A stretch of 64,000 bases of DNA from the NCBI GenBank assembly GCA_903910555.1, contig CAIVZZ010000018.1, positions 31,363 through 95,362 of the forward strand, written 5' to 3'. This document shows, one piece after another, positions 18,549 through 28,587 of this stretch (position 1 is its first letter; every line of letters begins with the position of its first letter). A program made the translations under genes and the position numbers. The notes below the pieces were generated by a model. The model saw only the letters and a list, made by a program, of their open reading frames with translations. It searched no databases and was not told the DNA's origin. Origin of the DNA: an uncultured Gemmatimonadota bacterium. Its GTDB lineage: Bacteria; Gemmatimonadota; Gemmatimonadetes; Gemmatimonadales; Gemmatimonadaceae.

Positions 18549-19645
18549 AGCTTTTTCGCTCCAGCGAGGAGTTCGGTGCTGCGCGCCAGCAGGGCGTCAG
18601 CAACGGCATACGGCGTAGTCGCGCCGGATTCTAGCTCCGGAATCCGTTCGTCAATCCATGCGGCGGTTGCGGCATCGGTCCAGAGCCGGCGACGCACCCG
18701 CTGTTCCGCAACATCAACCACACGTTCACGAAGCCGTGCACGGCGCCTCGATGTGAGCGAACCGCTCCTCTCAAGATAGCCAAAATGCCGGTCGAGGGCG
18801 GTCAATAGCTCCGGCACCCCCTCTCCTGTCGTTCCCACACAGCGCAGAACTGACGGCGTCCACTTTGCCTCGTCATCACTCTTGGCGAGCGCGCGCGCCG
18901 CCTTGGCCGGATTCATCGCCGCTTTGAAATCGACGCCGTGATGACCGCTCGCGTCACCGGTCACGGCGCCGCTGCGCAGACCGAGCATCAACTCGAGGTC
19001 GTTGCGCAGCCGATCCGCACCGGGGCGGTCGGCCTTGTTCACCACGAACAAATCGGCGATCTCCATCAGTCCCGCCTTCAGCGTCTGTATCGAATCACCC
19101 GATTCCGGTGTGAGCACCACGACGCTCGAGTCGACCGTGCGCGCGATGTCGAGTTCACTCTGCCCCACGCCGACGGTCTCAACAATGATCCGGTCGACGC
19201 CAAACGCGTCGAGCACATCGCAGACTTCACGCGTCGCCGCGGCCAGGCCGCCGAGCGAGCCGCGTGTTGCCATCGACCGGATGAACACACCCGGATCGAG
19301 CGCGACCGATTCCATGCGCACACGATCGCCGAGCAGCGCGCCGCCGGTGAATGGCGAGGTCGGATCAACCGCGATGATGCCGACCGTCAATCCCGCTTTG
19401 CGAAGCTCCGCCGCCAGGAGAGTCGTGAGCGTGCTCTTCCCTGCACCCGGCGGACCGGTGATGCCGATGCGATGCGCGCGTCCGATGTGTGGATGCATCG
19501 CGGCGAGGAGGAGGTCGCTCCCGTCGCGCTGATTCTCGACGATGCTCACGGCGCGAGCGAGCGCGGCCTTTCTTCCGGCTGCAAAATCCGCGCTCAGCGC
19601 GCGCAGGCCAACGGACGCGGAAGCTGGAAGCTCGAGTGCGCTCAC
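18545..19645 (-). CDS. meaB: MeaB/ArgK GTPase chaperone of B12 mutases
   Basis: GPPGAGKS, AVDPTSPFTGGALLGDR, ETVGVGQSE, NKAD. Confidence 0.92.
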   Translation of the reverse strand: MSALELPASASVGLRALSADFAAGRKAALARAVSIVENQRDGSDLLLAAMHPHIGRAHRIGITGPPGAGKSTLTTLLAAELRKAGLTVGIIAVDPTSPFTGGALLGDRVRMESVALDPGVFIRSMATRGSLGGLAAATREVCDVLDAFGVDRIIVETVGVGQSELDIARTVDSSVVVLTPESGDSIQTLKAGLMEIADLFVVNKADRPGADRLRNDLELMLGLRSGAVTGDASGHHGVDFKAAMNPAKAARALAKSDDEAKWTPSVLRCVGTTGEGVPELLTALDRHFGYLERSGSLTSRRRARLRERVVDVAEQRVRRRLWTDAATAAWIDERIPELESGATTPYAVADALLARSTELLAGAKKL

Positions 19646-19663
19646 GGTGTGTTCATCATGTTT

Positions 19664-20620
19664 TTACGGCGTCGCCGCGTGTGGTTCGTCGTGCTCGTCG
19701 CTGATGTCGCCGACGAGTTCTTCGACAAGATCTTCGAGCGTCACCACCCCAAGCGTGTCGCCCGCGACTCCCTGAATGATCGCGAGGTGAACGTGTTCGC
19801 GCAGCATGCTTCGCATCAGTTCGTGGCACGGCGTTGCCGCGCGCACGAGAGCGACGCGTCGCAGCGATGCCACGGGCGTTTCGGGATGCGCGAGCACGTC
19901 GAACGAATGCACGAGCCCCGCGACGTGGTCGAGATCGCGATCGTACACCGGAATGCGGCTGTATTTCGACTGCGATACGATGCGCGCAATCTCGACGGCG
20001 GGCATCGAGCGCTCGACGGCGATGATATCCTCGCGCAGCGTCATCACTTCGAGTGCGAGCTTCTCGCCGAACTCGACGACGCCGCTGATGATCGCGCTCT
20101 CTGATGCTTCGCCCACGCCGGCAAGTTCACCCTCGCGCAGGAGGTCTTCGAGTGCTTCGCGATCGTCTTCGGCTTCTGTGAGCGGCGCGCGCGGCGCCCT
20201 CGCGAACAGGTTCGCGAACGCAAACAGCGGCGTGCATATCCACGTGAGCACGCGCAGCACCGGCATCAAGAACGGGACGAGCGGCGCCGGCCACCGCCGC
20301 GCGACCGCGCGCGGCACGAGCTGACCGACGATCATCAGCGTGATGAGTGCCACGACGATCTCCTCAAGCGCGCCGGCCGGCGATTCGCGGAGTCCGATCA
20401 CCGCGCCCGTCGCGAAGACTGCCGCGGCCACGCCGGTTCCTGCGGAGAAAAGCCAGCGCTGAGGACTGTCGAGAAACAATTCCGCCGCCGCCGAACCCGC
20501 GAACTTCTGCTCGACCCAATGGCGCAGCCAGATACGACTGACACACCGCACAGCCGTCGCGGCTGCGGTCAGCCACGCGACGACCAGGGCGAGCAGGACG
20601 ATCGATGCGTACGTGGTCAC
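19664..20620 (-). CDS. CNNM/CBS-pair protein lacking the CorC C-terminal domain
   Basis: N-terminal TMs, YSRIPVY, GVVTLEDLVEELVGDISDE then stop. Confidence 0.8.
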   Translation of the reverse strand: MTTYASIVLLALVVAWLTAAATAVRCVSRIWLRHWVEQKFAGSAAAELFLDSPQRWLFSAGTGVAAAVFATGAVIGLRESPAGALEEIVVALITLMIVGQLVPRAVARRWPAPLVPFLMPVLRVLTWICTPLFAFANLFARAPRAPLTEAEDDREALEDLLREGELAGVGEASESAIISGVVEFGEKLALEVMTLREDIIAVERSMPAVEIARIVSQSKYSRIPVYDRDLDHVAGLVHSFDVLAHPETPVASLRRVALVRAATPCHELMRSMLREHVHLAIIQGVAGDTLGVVTLEDLVEELVGDISDEHDEPHAATP

Positions 20621-21858
20621 GGCGCACCTTCGGCGGCGGCGTGCAGCCGCTCGAGATACACGCGCTCGACGCGCCGTCGTACGACCCGCTCGACGACGAG
20701 TTTGAAGTTGCCGACCACAAGCGCCTCGCCCGCGCGCGGTACGCGGCCGACCAGCTCGTACACGAGGCCGCCAATGGTCTGGACGTCGTCATGCGTGAAG
20801 TCCTGACCCGTCAACTCACTGAGATCTTCCAGCGATACGCGCGCGGAGACCCAGAACTTATCGTCGTCTTCGCGCTCGATCTCGGGTTCCTCGACGTCGT
20901 TCTCGTCGCGGATCTCGCCGACGATCAACTCGAGCGCGTCTTCGAGCGTCACGAGTCCCGCCGTTCCGCCGTATTCGTCGACGACGATCGCGATATGCCG
21001 GTGGCTCACTTTGAAATCGCGCAGCTGTGCGTCCACATGTTTGGCAGCCGGGATAAACGTTCCCGGACGCACGAGCGACAACCACCCGGCCGATGGCTCG
21101 GTGTCCGCAATCACCGCGGGGAGCAAGTCTTTCGCGTAGAGAATCCCGACGACTTCATCGAGCGTACCGTCGAACACCACCAGGCGCGCATGCCGCGCGC
21201 TCCGCACCCGGTCGACAACCTCCGACCAGGTCGTTTCGCGATCGATTCCGACGATGTCCACCCGCGGCACCATGATTTCCTGCACCGCCGTATGGCCGAG
21301 CGAGAAAACGCCGCGCAGCAGAACCGCCTCGTCGCGCGTGACATCGGCCTCGGCCTCGACCACTTCGCGGAACTGTTCCAGTGTGGCTTCGCGGGCTTCT
21401 TCATCGGGCGGCGCGGACGGCATGAGGTGATGCACGAGCGCATCGCACCAGGTTCCGAACGCGACCACCGGCCGCATGATCCACTCGATCCCGCCGATGA
21501 ACTGCGCGAGGGATCGAACCGCGTCCACACCACGCGAATCGCCGGACGTCCTCGCCACGCTCTCCGCGACGACAACAATCACGAAGCCCGCAGCGAGCAT
21601 GACCGGTCCGATCTCCCGTGGCGGCAGCCCGCTCATCACCAGTGCGGCGGCCGTGAACACCCCCGCGAGCAATTGCGTGACGATCCGGCCGAACGCGAGC
21701 GCGCGATGCGCGGATTCGCGGCGGGCGATGAGCGCGCCGACACGCGGCGACGGAGCCGTTGCGTCCTCATCAACGCAGAGCAGCGCGCCGTCAGCGAACG
21801 CGCAGAGTGCTGCAATCGCGGCTGCCAGCGTTGCGAGCAGTGCGGCAACGAAGGTCAC
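20617..21858 (-). CDS. hemolysin-family CNNM/CBS/CorC protein
   Basis: IMVPRVD, VVDEYGGTAGLVTLED, TIGG CorC domain; GTG start overlapping ybeY stop. Confidence 0.85.
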   Translation of the reverse strand: MTFVAALLATLAAAIAALCAFADGALLCVDEDATAPSPRVGALIARRESAHRALAFGRIVTQLLAGVFTAAALVMSGLPPREIGPVMLAAGFVIVVVAESVARTSGDSRGVDAVRSLAQFIGGIEWIMRPVVAFGTWCDALVHHLMPSAPPDEEAREATLEQFREVVEAEADVTRDEAVLLRGVFSLGHTAVQEIMVPRVDIVGIDRETTWSEVVDRVRSARHARLVVFDGTLDEVVGILYAKDLLPAVIADTEPSAGWLSLVRPGTFIPAAKHVDAQLRDFKVSHRHIAIVVDEYGGTAGLVTLEDALELIVGEIRDENDVEEPEIEREDDDKFWVSARVSLEDLSELTGQDFTHDDVQTIGGLVYELVGRVPRAGEALVVGNFKLVVERVVRRRVERVYLERLHAAAEGAP

Positions 21859-22334
21859 TTCGGCGGCCCTTTGGCCTGGCGTTTGGACTTTGCTCCGGAT
21901 CGCATCGCGCGCTTGAGCAGCACTTCCTGACGCCGCCACATCGGCGATTCAAATCGCGCCTCACCTTCCGGATGGTCGTGGCCGAGCGCGTGCAGGATGC
22001 CGTGCACGACAAGCCGCATGAGTTCTTCGCGGAATCCCACGCCATGCCGCCGTGCGTTCTCTCGCGCGACCGTCGGCGCGATATAAATATCCGCGACCAC
22101 AGGGCCGCCCCGTTCGCGCACGAAGCCGAACGAAATCACATCCGTCGGACCGCGATGCTTCAGGTGCTCTGCGTTGATGGCGGCAATGCGCGGAGAGGTC
22201 ACGAGCGTGATCGAGATCAGGGCATGCGCGACCTTCTCGCCGCGCAGCACGTTGCGTGCGACCTCGGCCAGCGTGGCAGCGGCCACCGGCGACGTCACGC
22301 CCTCCCTCGATAACGCGACGACGAGCGAGTTCAC
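21855..22334 (-). CDS. ybeY: rRNA maturation endoribonuclease YbeY
   Basis: PTDVISF and HGILHALGHDH. Confidence 0.92.
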   Translation of the reverse strand: MNSLVVALSREGVTSPVAAATLAEVARNVLRGEKVAHALISITLVTSPRIAAINAEHLKHRGPTDVISFGFVRERGGPVVADIYIAPTVARENARRHGVGFREELMRLVVHGILHALGHDHPEGEARFESPMWRRQEVLLKRAMRSGAKSKRQAKGPPK

Positions 22335-23302
22335 CCCGCCGCCTCTGCCTCTGCCGTGTACGCCCTGATGATGTCGCGCACCAAACGGTGACGGACGACG
22401 TCAGCTTCCTGGAAGTAGTGAAACGCAATTCCCTCGATGCCGGGCAGTATCCGCTCGATCTGCACGAGGCCGCTCTCTTCACGCTTCGGAAGATCGATCT
22501 GCGTTTTGTCGCCGGTGATGACGGCGCGCGAGTTCACGCCGAGGCGCGTGAGAAACATCTTCATTTGAAGTGCCGTCGCGTTTTGCGCTTCGTCCAGAAT
22601 CACGAACGCGTCGGAGAGCGTCCGGCCGCGCATGTATGCGAGCGGTGCGATCTCGATCACGCGCGTCTCGAGCGACTTCACCACGCGTTCCGCGGGCATC
22701 ATGTCTTCGAGCGCGTCGTACAGCGGACGCAGATACGGGTCGACCTTCGCCTGCATGTCGCCCGGCAAAAATCCGAGTGACTCGCCGGCTTCTACCGCAG
22801 GCCGGGCCAGCACGATGCGCTTCACACGTTTGCGCGAGAGCGCGTCGACGGCGGCGGCCACGGCGAGATACGTCTTTCCCGTGCCGGCCGGACCGATGCC
22901 GACGACGATGTCGTTGTCGGCGATCGCCTGCAGATACTCCGCCTGCCCCGAGGTCTTCGGCTGGATGATTTTTCGCACGCCCGGCAGCACGATGCGATCA
23001 CCGGTGCTGATGTCGCGGCCGTGCTCCATCGACATACGCAGCACGTCATCGGGCTCGAGCGGCGCGCGCTGCTTTGCGGCATCAATCATTCGCTGCGCGA
23101 CGACAGCGGCCTTTTGTACTGCATCGGCGGTGCCCGTGATCGCCATCGCATCCCCGCGCAGTGTGACGCGCACCGGATACAGTTTCTGCAGCTCGGTAAG
23201 GTTTCCGTCTGCAACTCCCGCGAGCGTGAGCAGATCCGCGCCTTCCGTTGAAAGACGGGTGGTGACGGATTCGGTCGTCGACATCGTACCGTCTGCCATC
23301 AC
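22331..23302 (-). CDS. phoH: PhoH-family ATPase
   Basis: GPAGTGKT, RPAVEAGE, APLAYMRGRT, DEAQN. Confidence 0.92.
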   Translation of the reverse strand: MMADGTMSTTESVTTRLSTEGADLLTLAGVADGNLTELQKLYPVRVTLRGDAMAITGTADAVQKAAVVAQRMIDAAKQRAPLEPDDVLRMSMEHGRDISTGDRIVLPGVRKIIQPKTSGQAEYLQAIADNDIVVGIGPAGTGKTYLAVAAAVDALSRKRVKRIVLARPAVEAGESLGFLPGDMQAKVDPYLRPLYDALEDMMPAERVVKSLETRVIEIAPLAYMRGRTLSDAFVILDEAQNATALQMKMFLTRLGVNSRAVITGDKTQIDLPKREESGLVQIERILPGIEGIAFHYFQEADVVRHRLVRDIIRAYTAEAEAAG

Positions 23303-25095
23303 GCGCTCTCCGGCCGCAGATGCAGTGCGCGCATTTCATCTGCCGACACCTGCGTCGGCGCACCTTCAAACAGCGCGCGTGCCGTTGTCGTTTTTGGAAA
23401 CGCGATCACATCGCGCAATGATGTCGCGCCGGAAAGGAGCATGGCGATGCGATCGACGCCGAACGCAATGCCTCCGTGCGGCGGCGCACCCGCGCGCAAT
23501 CCTTCGAGCAAGAATCCGAAACGGCGCTCCTGCTCATCCCGATCGCCAATGCCAAGCAATGCGAACATTCGTGACTGAGTCGCGTAGTCGTGCGTACGGA
23601 TGCTCCCGCCGCCGAGCTCGAGGCCGTTGAGCACGATGTCGTACGCGAGCGCGCGCCAACGATGCGGCTCGTCTGGAAAGGCCGTCATGTCGGCCGGGTT
23701 CGGCGCGGTGAACGGATGGTGCACGGCGCCGAGCGCTCCGGATTCCGGATCGCGATCGAACATCGGGAAATCGGTGACGATCAAGAAACGCCGCGCGGTC
23801 TCGTCGACGAGCCCAAGTCGAATCGCACATTCCTGCCGGACGCGATCCAGAGCCGGGCTCGTGATCCGGTCTGCGCCGGCAACAAAAAGCGCGAGGCTGC
23901 CTTCTTCGAGCGCGAGCGAGCTCTGCGCTTCCGGCGTCAGGAACTTCGCAATCGGACCGTCGTATTTCCCTTCTGCCTTCTTCACGCGGAGCAGCCCGAG
24001 CGCGCCGGCACCCTTCGCGATCGCCTCGAGTTCATCGACTTGCTTCCGGCTCCACGTGGACGCGCCCGGCACGACGATGCCGCGCACCCGGCCACCCGCG
24101 GCGAGCGCCGACTGTGTGATGCCGAATTCGATCCCGCGGAACGTCTCGGTGTAGTCCTTAATCTCCAATCCGTAGCGCAGGTCGGGACGGTCGCAGCCGT
24201 ACTTCTCCATCGCGACTTGATACGTCATCCGCTCGAAGTGAGCAGGAATCTCGTGCCCCGCCTCACGCCAGAGCGCGCCGATCAGCCCTTGGGCGAGCGC
24301 GAGAATGTCATCACTGCGCACGAACGACGCTTCGATGTCGATCTGCGTGAACTCGGGTTGACGGTCGGCGCGGAGATCTTCATCGCGAAAGCAGCGCGCG
24401 ATTTGGAAATACCGATCGAAGCCGCTCACCATAAACAGCTGTTTGTATATCTGCGGCGACTGCGGCAGCGCGTAAAACTCGCCGGGATGCACGCGGCTTG
24501 GCACGAGATAATCGCGCGCGCCTTCCGGCGTTGGCTTCGTGAGAATCGGCGTCTCGAGTTCGAGATAGCCGCGCTCACTCAAGTGCCGGCGTGTCACCTG
24601 CATCAGGCGATGGCGCAGGATCAAGCTCTGCTGGAGTTCGGGCCTGCGCAGATCGAGATAGCGGTGGCGCAGGCGCAGCTCTTCGGACGGAAGTTTCTCT
24701 CCCTTTCCGCGCGCCACTGGAAGGGCCGGCGTCTCCGCGGGACCGACGACTTCGATCACCGTCGCGCGCACCTCGACATCGCCGCTCCCCATTTCCGAGT
24801 TGCGGGTCTCGCCTGTGCGTGCCACGACCATCCCCTCGATCATCACGACGCTCTCTACGCCAACCGCCGCGGCCTGCGCGATGCACTCAGCCGTCGACCA
24901 ATCCGTGCCGAACGACACCTGCACGATTCCCTCGCGGTCACGGAGATCGATAAAGACAATTCCGCCGAGGTTTCTCGAACGATGCACCCAGCCGCCGAGG
25001 CGGACCTTCGTGCCCGCATCGGCAACGCGGAGCGAGCCCGCGAGGTGAGAGCGCAGTGATGTGGTGAACGGCGACGTGCTGTGTGGAACGGTCAC
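23299..25095 (-). CDS. aspS: aspartate--tRNA ligase
   Basis: FIDLRD, TPEGARDY, RCFRDEDLRADRQPEFTQ, PPHGGIAFG. Confidence 0.96.
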   Translation of the reverse strand: MTVPHSTSPFTTSLRSHLAGSLRVADAGTKVRLGGWVHRSRNLGGIVFIDLRDREGIVQVSFGTDWSTAECIAQAAAVGVESVVMIEGMVVARTGETRNSEMGSGDVEVRATVIEVVGPAETPALPVARGKGEKLPSEELRLRHRYLDLRRPELQQSLILRHRLMQVTRRHLSERGYLELETPILTKPTPEGARDYLVPSRVHPGEFYALPQSPQIYKQLFMVSGFDRYFQIARCFRDEDLRADRQPEFTQIDIEASFVRSDDILALAQGLIGALWREAGHEIPAHFERMTYQVAMEKYGCDRPDLRYGLEIKDYTETFRGIEFGITQSALAAGGRVRGIVVPGASTWSRKQVDELEAIAKGAGALGLLRVKKAEGKYDGPIAKFLTPEAQSSLALEEGSLALFVAGADRITSPALDRVRQECAIRLGLVDETARRFLIVTDFPMFDRDPESGALGAVHHPFTAPNPADMTAFPDEPHRWRALAYDIVLNGLELGGGSIRTHDYATQSRMFALLGIGDRDEQERRFGFLLEGLRAGAPPHGGIAFGVDRIAMLLSGATSLRDVIAFPKTTTARALFEGAPTQVSADEMRALHLRPESA

Positions 25096-25553
25096 GATGA
25101 GGCCTCAGACGAATGGATCACGTGCATGAAATCAGCTGGCGACGACGAGGCCAAAAGCGCCTCGCGCGATTCGGGGTTGTGCATGAGTCGCGCGATGCGC
25201 GACAGGAGCTTTACGTGCTGAGCGCTCGCCACCGACGGGGTGAGCACGAGAAACGCGACTTGAACCGGTGAATCATCGAGCGCGATATAGTCGGGTACAT
25301 CGCGGACGATCCCCGCCGCGAGGCACACTTCGGGAACGAGATCTGTGCGGCCGTGCGGAACGGCCAATCCTCCGCCAAGCGCCGTGCTCACCTGCGCTTC
25401 GCGCGCTTCCACGGCGTCGAAAATGCCGGTCACGACGCTTTCGTCAGCGTTGCCGATGGCGAGACGAACGAGTTCGCGCAGAAGACCGGCTTTGGAGTGG
25501 CTGCCGAGCGGAACGCGTATACGTTCCGTTGAAAGCAACTCGCTGAGCAGCAG
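25092..25553 (-). CDS. PTS IIA (Ntr/Fru-type) domain protein
   Basis: REAQVST..GLAVPHGR; start proposed at CTG 25553 (ORF track gives TTG 25538). Confidence 0.82.
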   Translation of the reverse strand: MLLSELLSTERIRVPLGSHSKAGLLRELVRLAIGNADESVVTGIFDAVEAREAQVSTALGGGLAVPHGRTDLVPEVCLAAGIVRDVPDYIALDDSPVQVAFLVLTPSVASAQHVKLLSRIARLMHNPESREALLASSSPADFMHVIHSSEASS

Positions 25554-25658
25554 AAAGAACTCCGGTGATGTGAAAGTGAGTTAAATATAAGCAGGACAGG
25601 CACTTGGTGGTAGTCGAAAGGGTTGCCCAAGCTACTGTAGACCAGCTAAGTTAAGTCA

Positions 25659-26555
25659 ATGCGGCGTATAGTGTTCACTCTTCTGACCGTCAGCCCTCTG
25701 GCCGCATGGGCGCAGTCCGGTGAAATCCCCGGACGCGACCTCCTTTCGTTCCCGATCGGCCTGTCCGCCGAGGCCGCGGCGCTCGGTACCACGGCAGGTT
25801 CGGGACTGTGGAATCCGGCGACGGCTCTCTTACCGGATGGGTTCAACTGGCGTCTGTCGGTTGCTGCGATGAACGCACCGTCCGACATCGCAGTTTCCGC
25901 GCAGCTGTTCTCGATCACCGGCCAATGGCGTGGCACGACTCTGGGGCTGAGTGTCACACGAGCGTCGGTGTCGAACATTCTCCGAACCGATACGGACCCG
26001 GAGAGCATTGGTGATCCCGTACCGTACGGGACAACGCTCGTTTCGCTCGTAGCGGCACGACGCCTCACGCCGCATTTGACTGTTGGGTTTGCCGTCCGCC
26101 AGCGCAGCGGATCGCTCGACGACGTGAGCAAGAGCGGCTTCTCGGCCGATTTTGGTGTGCTCGCCGAACAGCTCACTCCGTTTGATCTGCGAATAGGCGC
26201 GTCGAGTTTCCTTCTGACTCCCGGTGGCGCGGCGAGCGAGCGTGCGAGCTGGCTGTTCGGCCTCGACGGACGCGTGATCGGCGCTGATAGCACGCACAGT
26301 GTTCGCGTCGGCTACTCGCTGCAGGTCGCGCAGAGTTTGTTCACCGAGCACTACGTTTTTGCGAGCGCGCGCTGGGCGGGACTGGAAGTGCGCGGCGGTC
26401 CGGTGCAAACCGACATCTTTGGCAGCGCGAACCTGCGCATGCGTCTCGGGATTATTCTGCACTACGGCGGATACAACATCGGCGTCGCGCGCGAAGATGG
26501 CGTGAACGGCCTCGCCCCAACCTACCAGTTTTCGCTGACGTCGCTGCTGAAATGA
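25659..26555 (+). CDS. secreted, probable outer-membrane beta-barrel protein
   Basis: Signal peptide AWA-Q, WNPA motif, amphipathic strands, terminal YQFSLT. Confidence 0.65.
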   Translation: MRRIVFTLLTVSPLAAWAQSGEIPGRDLLSFPIGLSAEAAALGTTAGSGLWNPATALLPDGFNWRLSVAAMNAPSDIAVSAQLFSITGQWRGTTLGLSVTRASVSNILRTDTDPESIGDPVPYGTTLVSLVAARRLTPHLTVGFAVRQRSGSLDDVSKSGFSADFGVLAEQLTPFDLRIGASSFLLTPGGAASERASWLFGLDGRVIGADSTHSVRVGYSLQVAQSLFTEHYVFASARWAGLEVRGGPVQTDIFGSANLRMRLGIILHYGGYNIGVAREDGVNGLAPTYQFSLTSLLK

Positions 26556-27616
26556 ATATCACGAGAACGAATCTTCTCGATCTGACGCCCGCGGAATCTG
26601 AATCCGCACTTCGCGCGTTCGCGGAATCGCACGGCGTTCCGGCGTACCGCGGGAGTCAGGCCGCCCGCCATTTGTGGGGTGCGGCCCCCGCTGCCGCGTT
26701 TGAGGACATGACCGATCTGCCGAAAGAATTCAGGGCGCTGCTTGCGGAGCACTTTGAAATCCCGCGCCTCGCGCTCGCAACGGAGCAGGAGTCGACGGAC
26801 GGCACGCGGAAGTTTCTGTTCACGATGCACGACGGACAGGCGATTGAGACCGTGGCGATCCCCGATGGTGACCGCATGACGTTCTGTGTGTCGTCCCAGG
26901 CCGGCTGCGCGCTGAAGTGTTCGTTCTGTGCGACCGGCGCGATGGGATTCGCACGCAATCTCGCGCCGCACGAAATCGCGGGACAGGTCCGCGAACTCGC
27001 GATGCTCAACCCGCCCCTCTTCGCGACGAACATCGTTTTCATGGGAATGGGCGAGCCGCTCATGAACTGGGAAGCAGTCGACAAGACACTCACGATTCTC
27101 AACGATCCGAAAGGATTTGAGATCGGCGCGCGCCATATCACCGTATCGACGGTGGGATGGCTGCCGGGAATCGAAGCGCTCGCGGCGCGAAAAGAGCAGT
27201 TTCGTCTCGCGATTTCCGTGCACGCGCCGACCGACGGACTGCGCGCGACGCTGATGCCCGTGAATACGAAGTTCCCGCTCGCCGATGTCATTGACGCCGC
27301 TGCCGCGTTCGATCGCCGCGTGACGTTCGAATATGTCATGCTTGGCGGCGTGAACGACACGCCTGCCATTGCAAATGAGCTCGCAATGCTCGCGCGCCGC
27401 TGCAAGGCGTTCGTAAATTTGATTCCGCTGCATCCGGGCGGCTCGATGGGATTCGTCCCTACCGAGCGTCAGGCCATTGGCGCGTTCGCGCGACAGCTGC
27501 GCGTGCACGGTGTGGAAGTGGCGATCCGAAAAAGCCGCGGTATTGATATCGCGGCAGCGTGCGGCCAGCTACGGGTTGAGCGGCTGGAGCGGCGGCGTCC
27601 AGTTGCGGCCGACTAG
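26552..27616 (+). CDS. rlmN: 23S rRNA m2A2503 radical-SAM methyltransferase
   Basis: GCALKCSFC, FMGMGEP, IAAACGQL. Confidence 0.95.
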   Translation: MNITRTNLLDLTPAESESALRAFAESHGVPAYRGSQAARHLWGAAPAAAFEDMTDLPKEFRALLAEHFEIPRLALATEQESTDGTRKFLFTMHDGQAIETVAIPDGDRMTFCVSSQAGCALKCSFCATGAMGFARNLAPHEIAGQVRELAMLNPPLFATNIVFMGMGEPLMNWEAVDKTLTILNDPKGFEIGARHITVSTVGWLPGIEALAARKEQFRLAISVHAPTDGLRATLMPVNTKFPLADVIDAAAAFDRRVTFEYVMLGGVNDTPAIANELAMLARRCKAFVNLIPLHPGGSMGFVPTERQAIGAFARQLRVHGVEVAIRKSRGIDIAAACGQLRVERLERRRPVAAD

Positions 27617-28018
27617 AATCGTCAGGTCGAGAAAACGCGAACTGTCCGGCACCTCTTCCACATGTGCGCGTCCCAGCGCACGCGCCGCGAGCGTCGCCCA
27701 CTCCGCGTGACCTGAGCGATCGATCACCCGCGTCGTATCCGCGCGCTCGGTTGAGTTGCCAAAGAAAACGACGTCGAATCCCGCGTCCCGCATGGCGAGC
27801 ATCGCGCGACGGGCGAGTCCTTTGGTGTCAGTCGCGTTGAGCACTTCAACCTTGATATGCGTGCCCGACGGGACGACATGCTCCACCGCGCCGCTCGCTC
27901 CGCGCATGCGCGGACCGGAGCGGAGGTAGAGCCTCGCGATCGCGCCGCACGTGAGCAGCAGCACTCCGATGATCAGGATCCAGCGGCCGATTTTCTTTCG
28001 GTCCCTGATAGTCATCAT
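27569..28018 (-). CDS. LytR C-terminal domain membrane protein
   Basis: TM then VEVLNAT..GLA, DLTILVG. Confidence 0.75.
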   Translation of the reverse strand: MMTIRDRKKIGRWILIIGVLLLTCGAIARLYLRSGPRMRGASGAVEHVVPSGTHIKVEVLNATDTKGLARRAMLAMRDAGFDVVFFGNSTERADTTRVIDRSGHAEWATLAARALGRAHVEEVPDSSRFLDLTILVGRNWTPPLQPLNP

Positions 28019-28019
28019 G

Positions 28020-28577
28020 CTATTGTCCGCTCACTGAGTTCCAGAGCACGATGCTCTCGGGAAAGAGCGGCTTCCCTTCCCGCAGCGTCCACTCGAGGCG
28101 CATGCGCACGACCTGCCGGAACACGCCGTCGAAATCGCGTGGCAGCAGCGACGCGAGAAAGGCACGGTCTTCGCGCGCGAACGCCCGCCCTGGTTCCAGA
28201 AAGTCTGCCATGAACAGTGCGCGGCCGGTATGGTCCCATGCCGCGTTGCCCACGGTATGCCAGCGCACGGCAAGGAGAACCGCGGCGCGTTTCTCGCCGT
28301 CGAGCTCGAGCCGGGCCGCTGCCGCCGGACCGTGCAGCACACCAACAGGTGAGTCCGCAAATGATGTGCCGCGCAGCTGTTCGCGCAGGTCGGTCTCCGA
28401 TGCATCGCGAAGCGCGTCGTGCCAGCGGCCCGCGTCGTGCCACGCGGCCGCTTCGGCGGAAGCGATCGACATCTCCGATGCCCAGCGATCGAGCAGCGCC
28501 GTGACGCGGGTGATATGCGCGCGGCGCTTTTCGCCAACCTGCGCCCAAGATGGAAGCTCCGGCTCGGCGGATGTCAT
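28020..28577 (-). CDS. HD-domain hydrolase, YqeK-like
   Basis: H..RV, WHD, LHGPAAA, WHTVG, ADFLEPGR; start moved to ATG 28577. Confidence 0.78.
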   Translation of the reverse strand: MTSAEPELPSWAQVGEKRRAHITRVTALLDRWASEMSIASAEAAAWHDAGRWHDALRDASETDLREQLRGTSFADSPVGVLHGPAAAARLELDGEKRAAVLLAVRWHTVGNAAWDHTGRALFMADFLEPGRAFAREDRAFLASLLPRDFDGVFRQVVRMRLEWTLREGKPLFPESIVLWNSVSGQ

Positions 28578-28587
28578 ATGCGCACTC

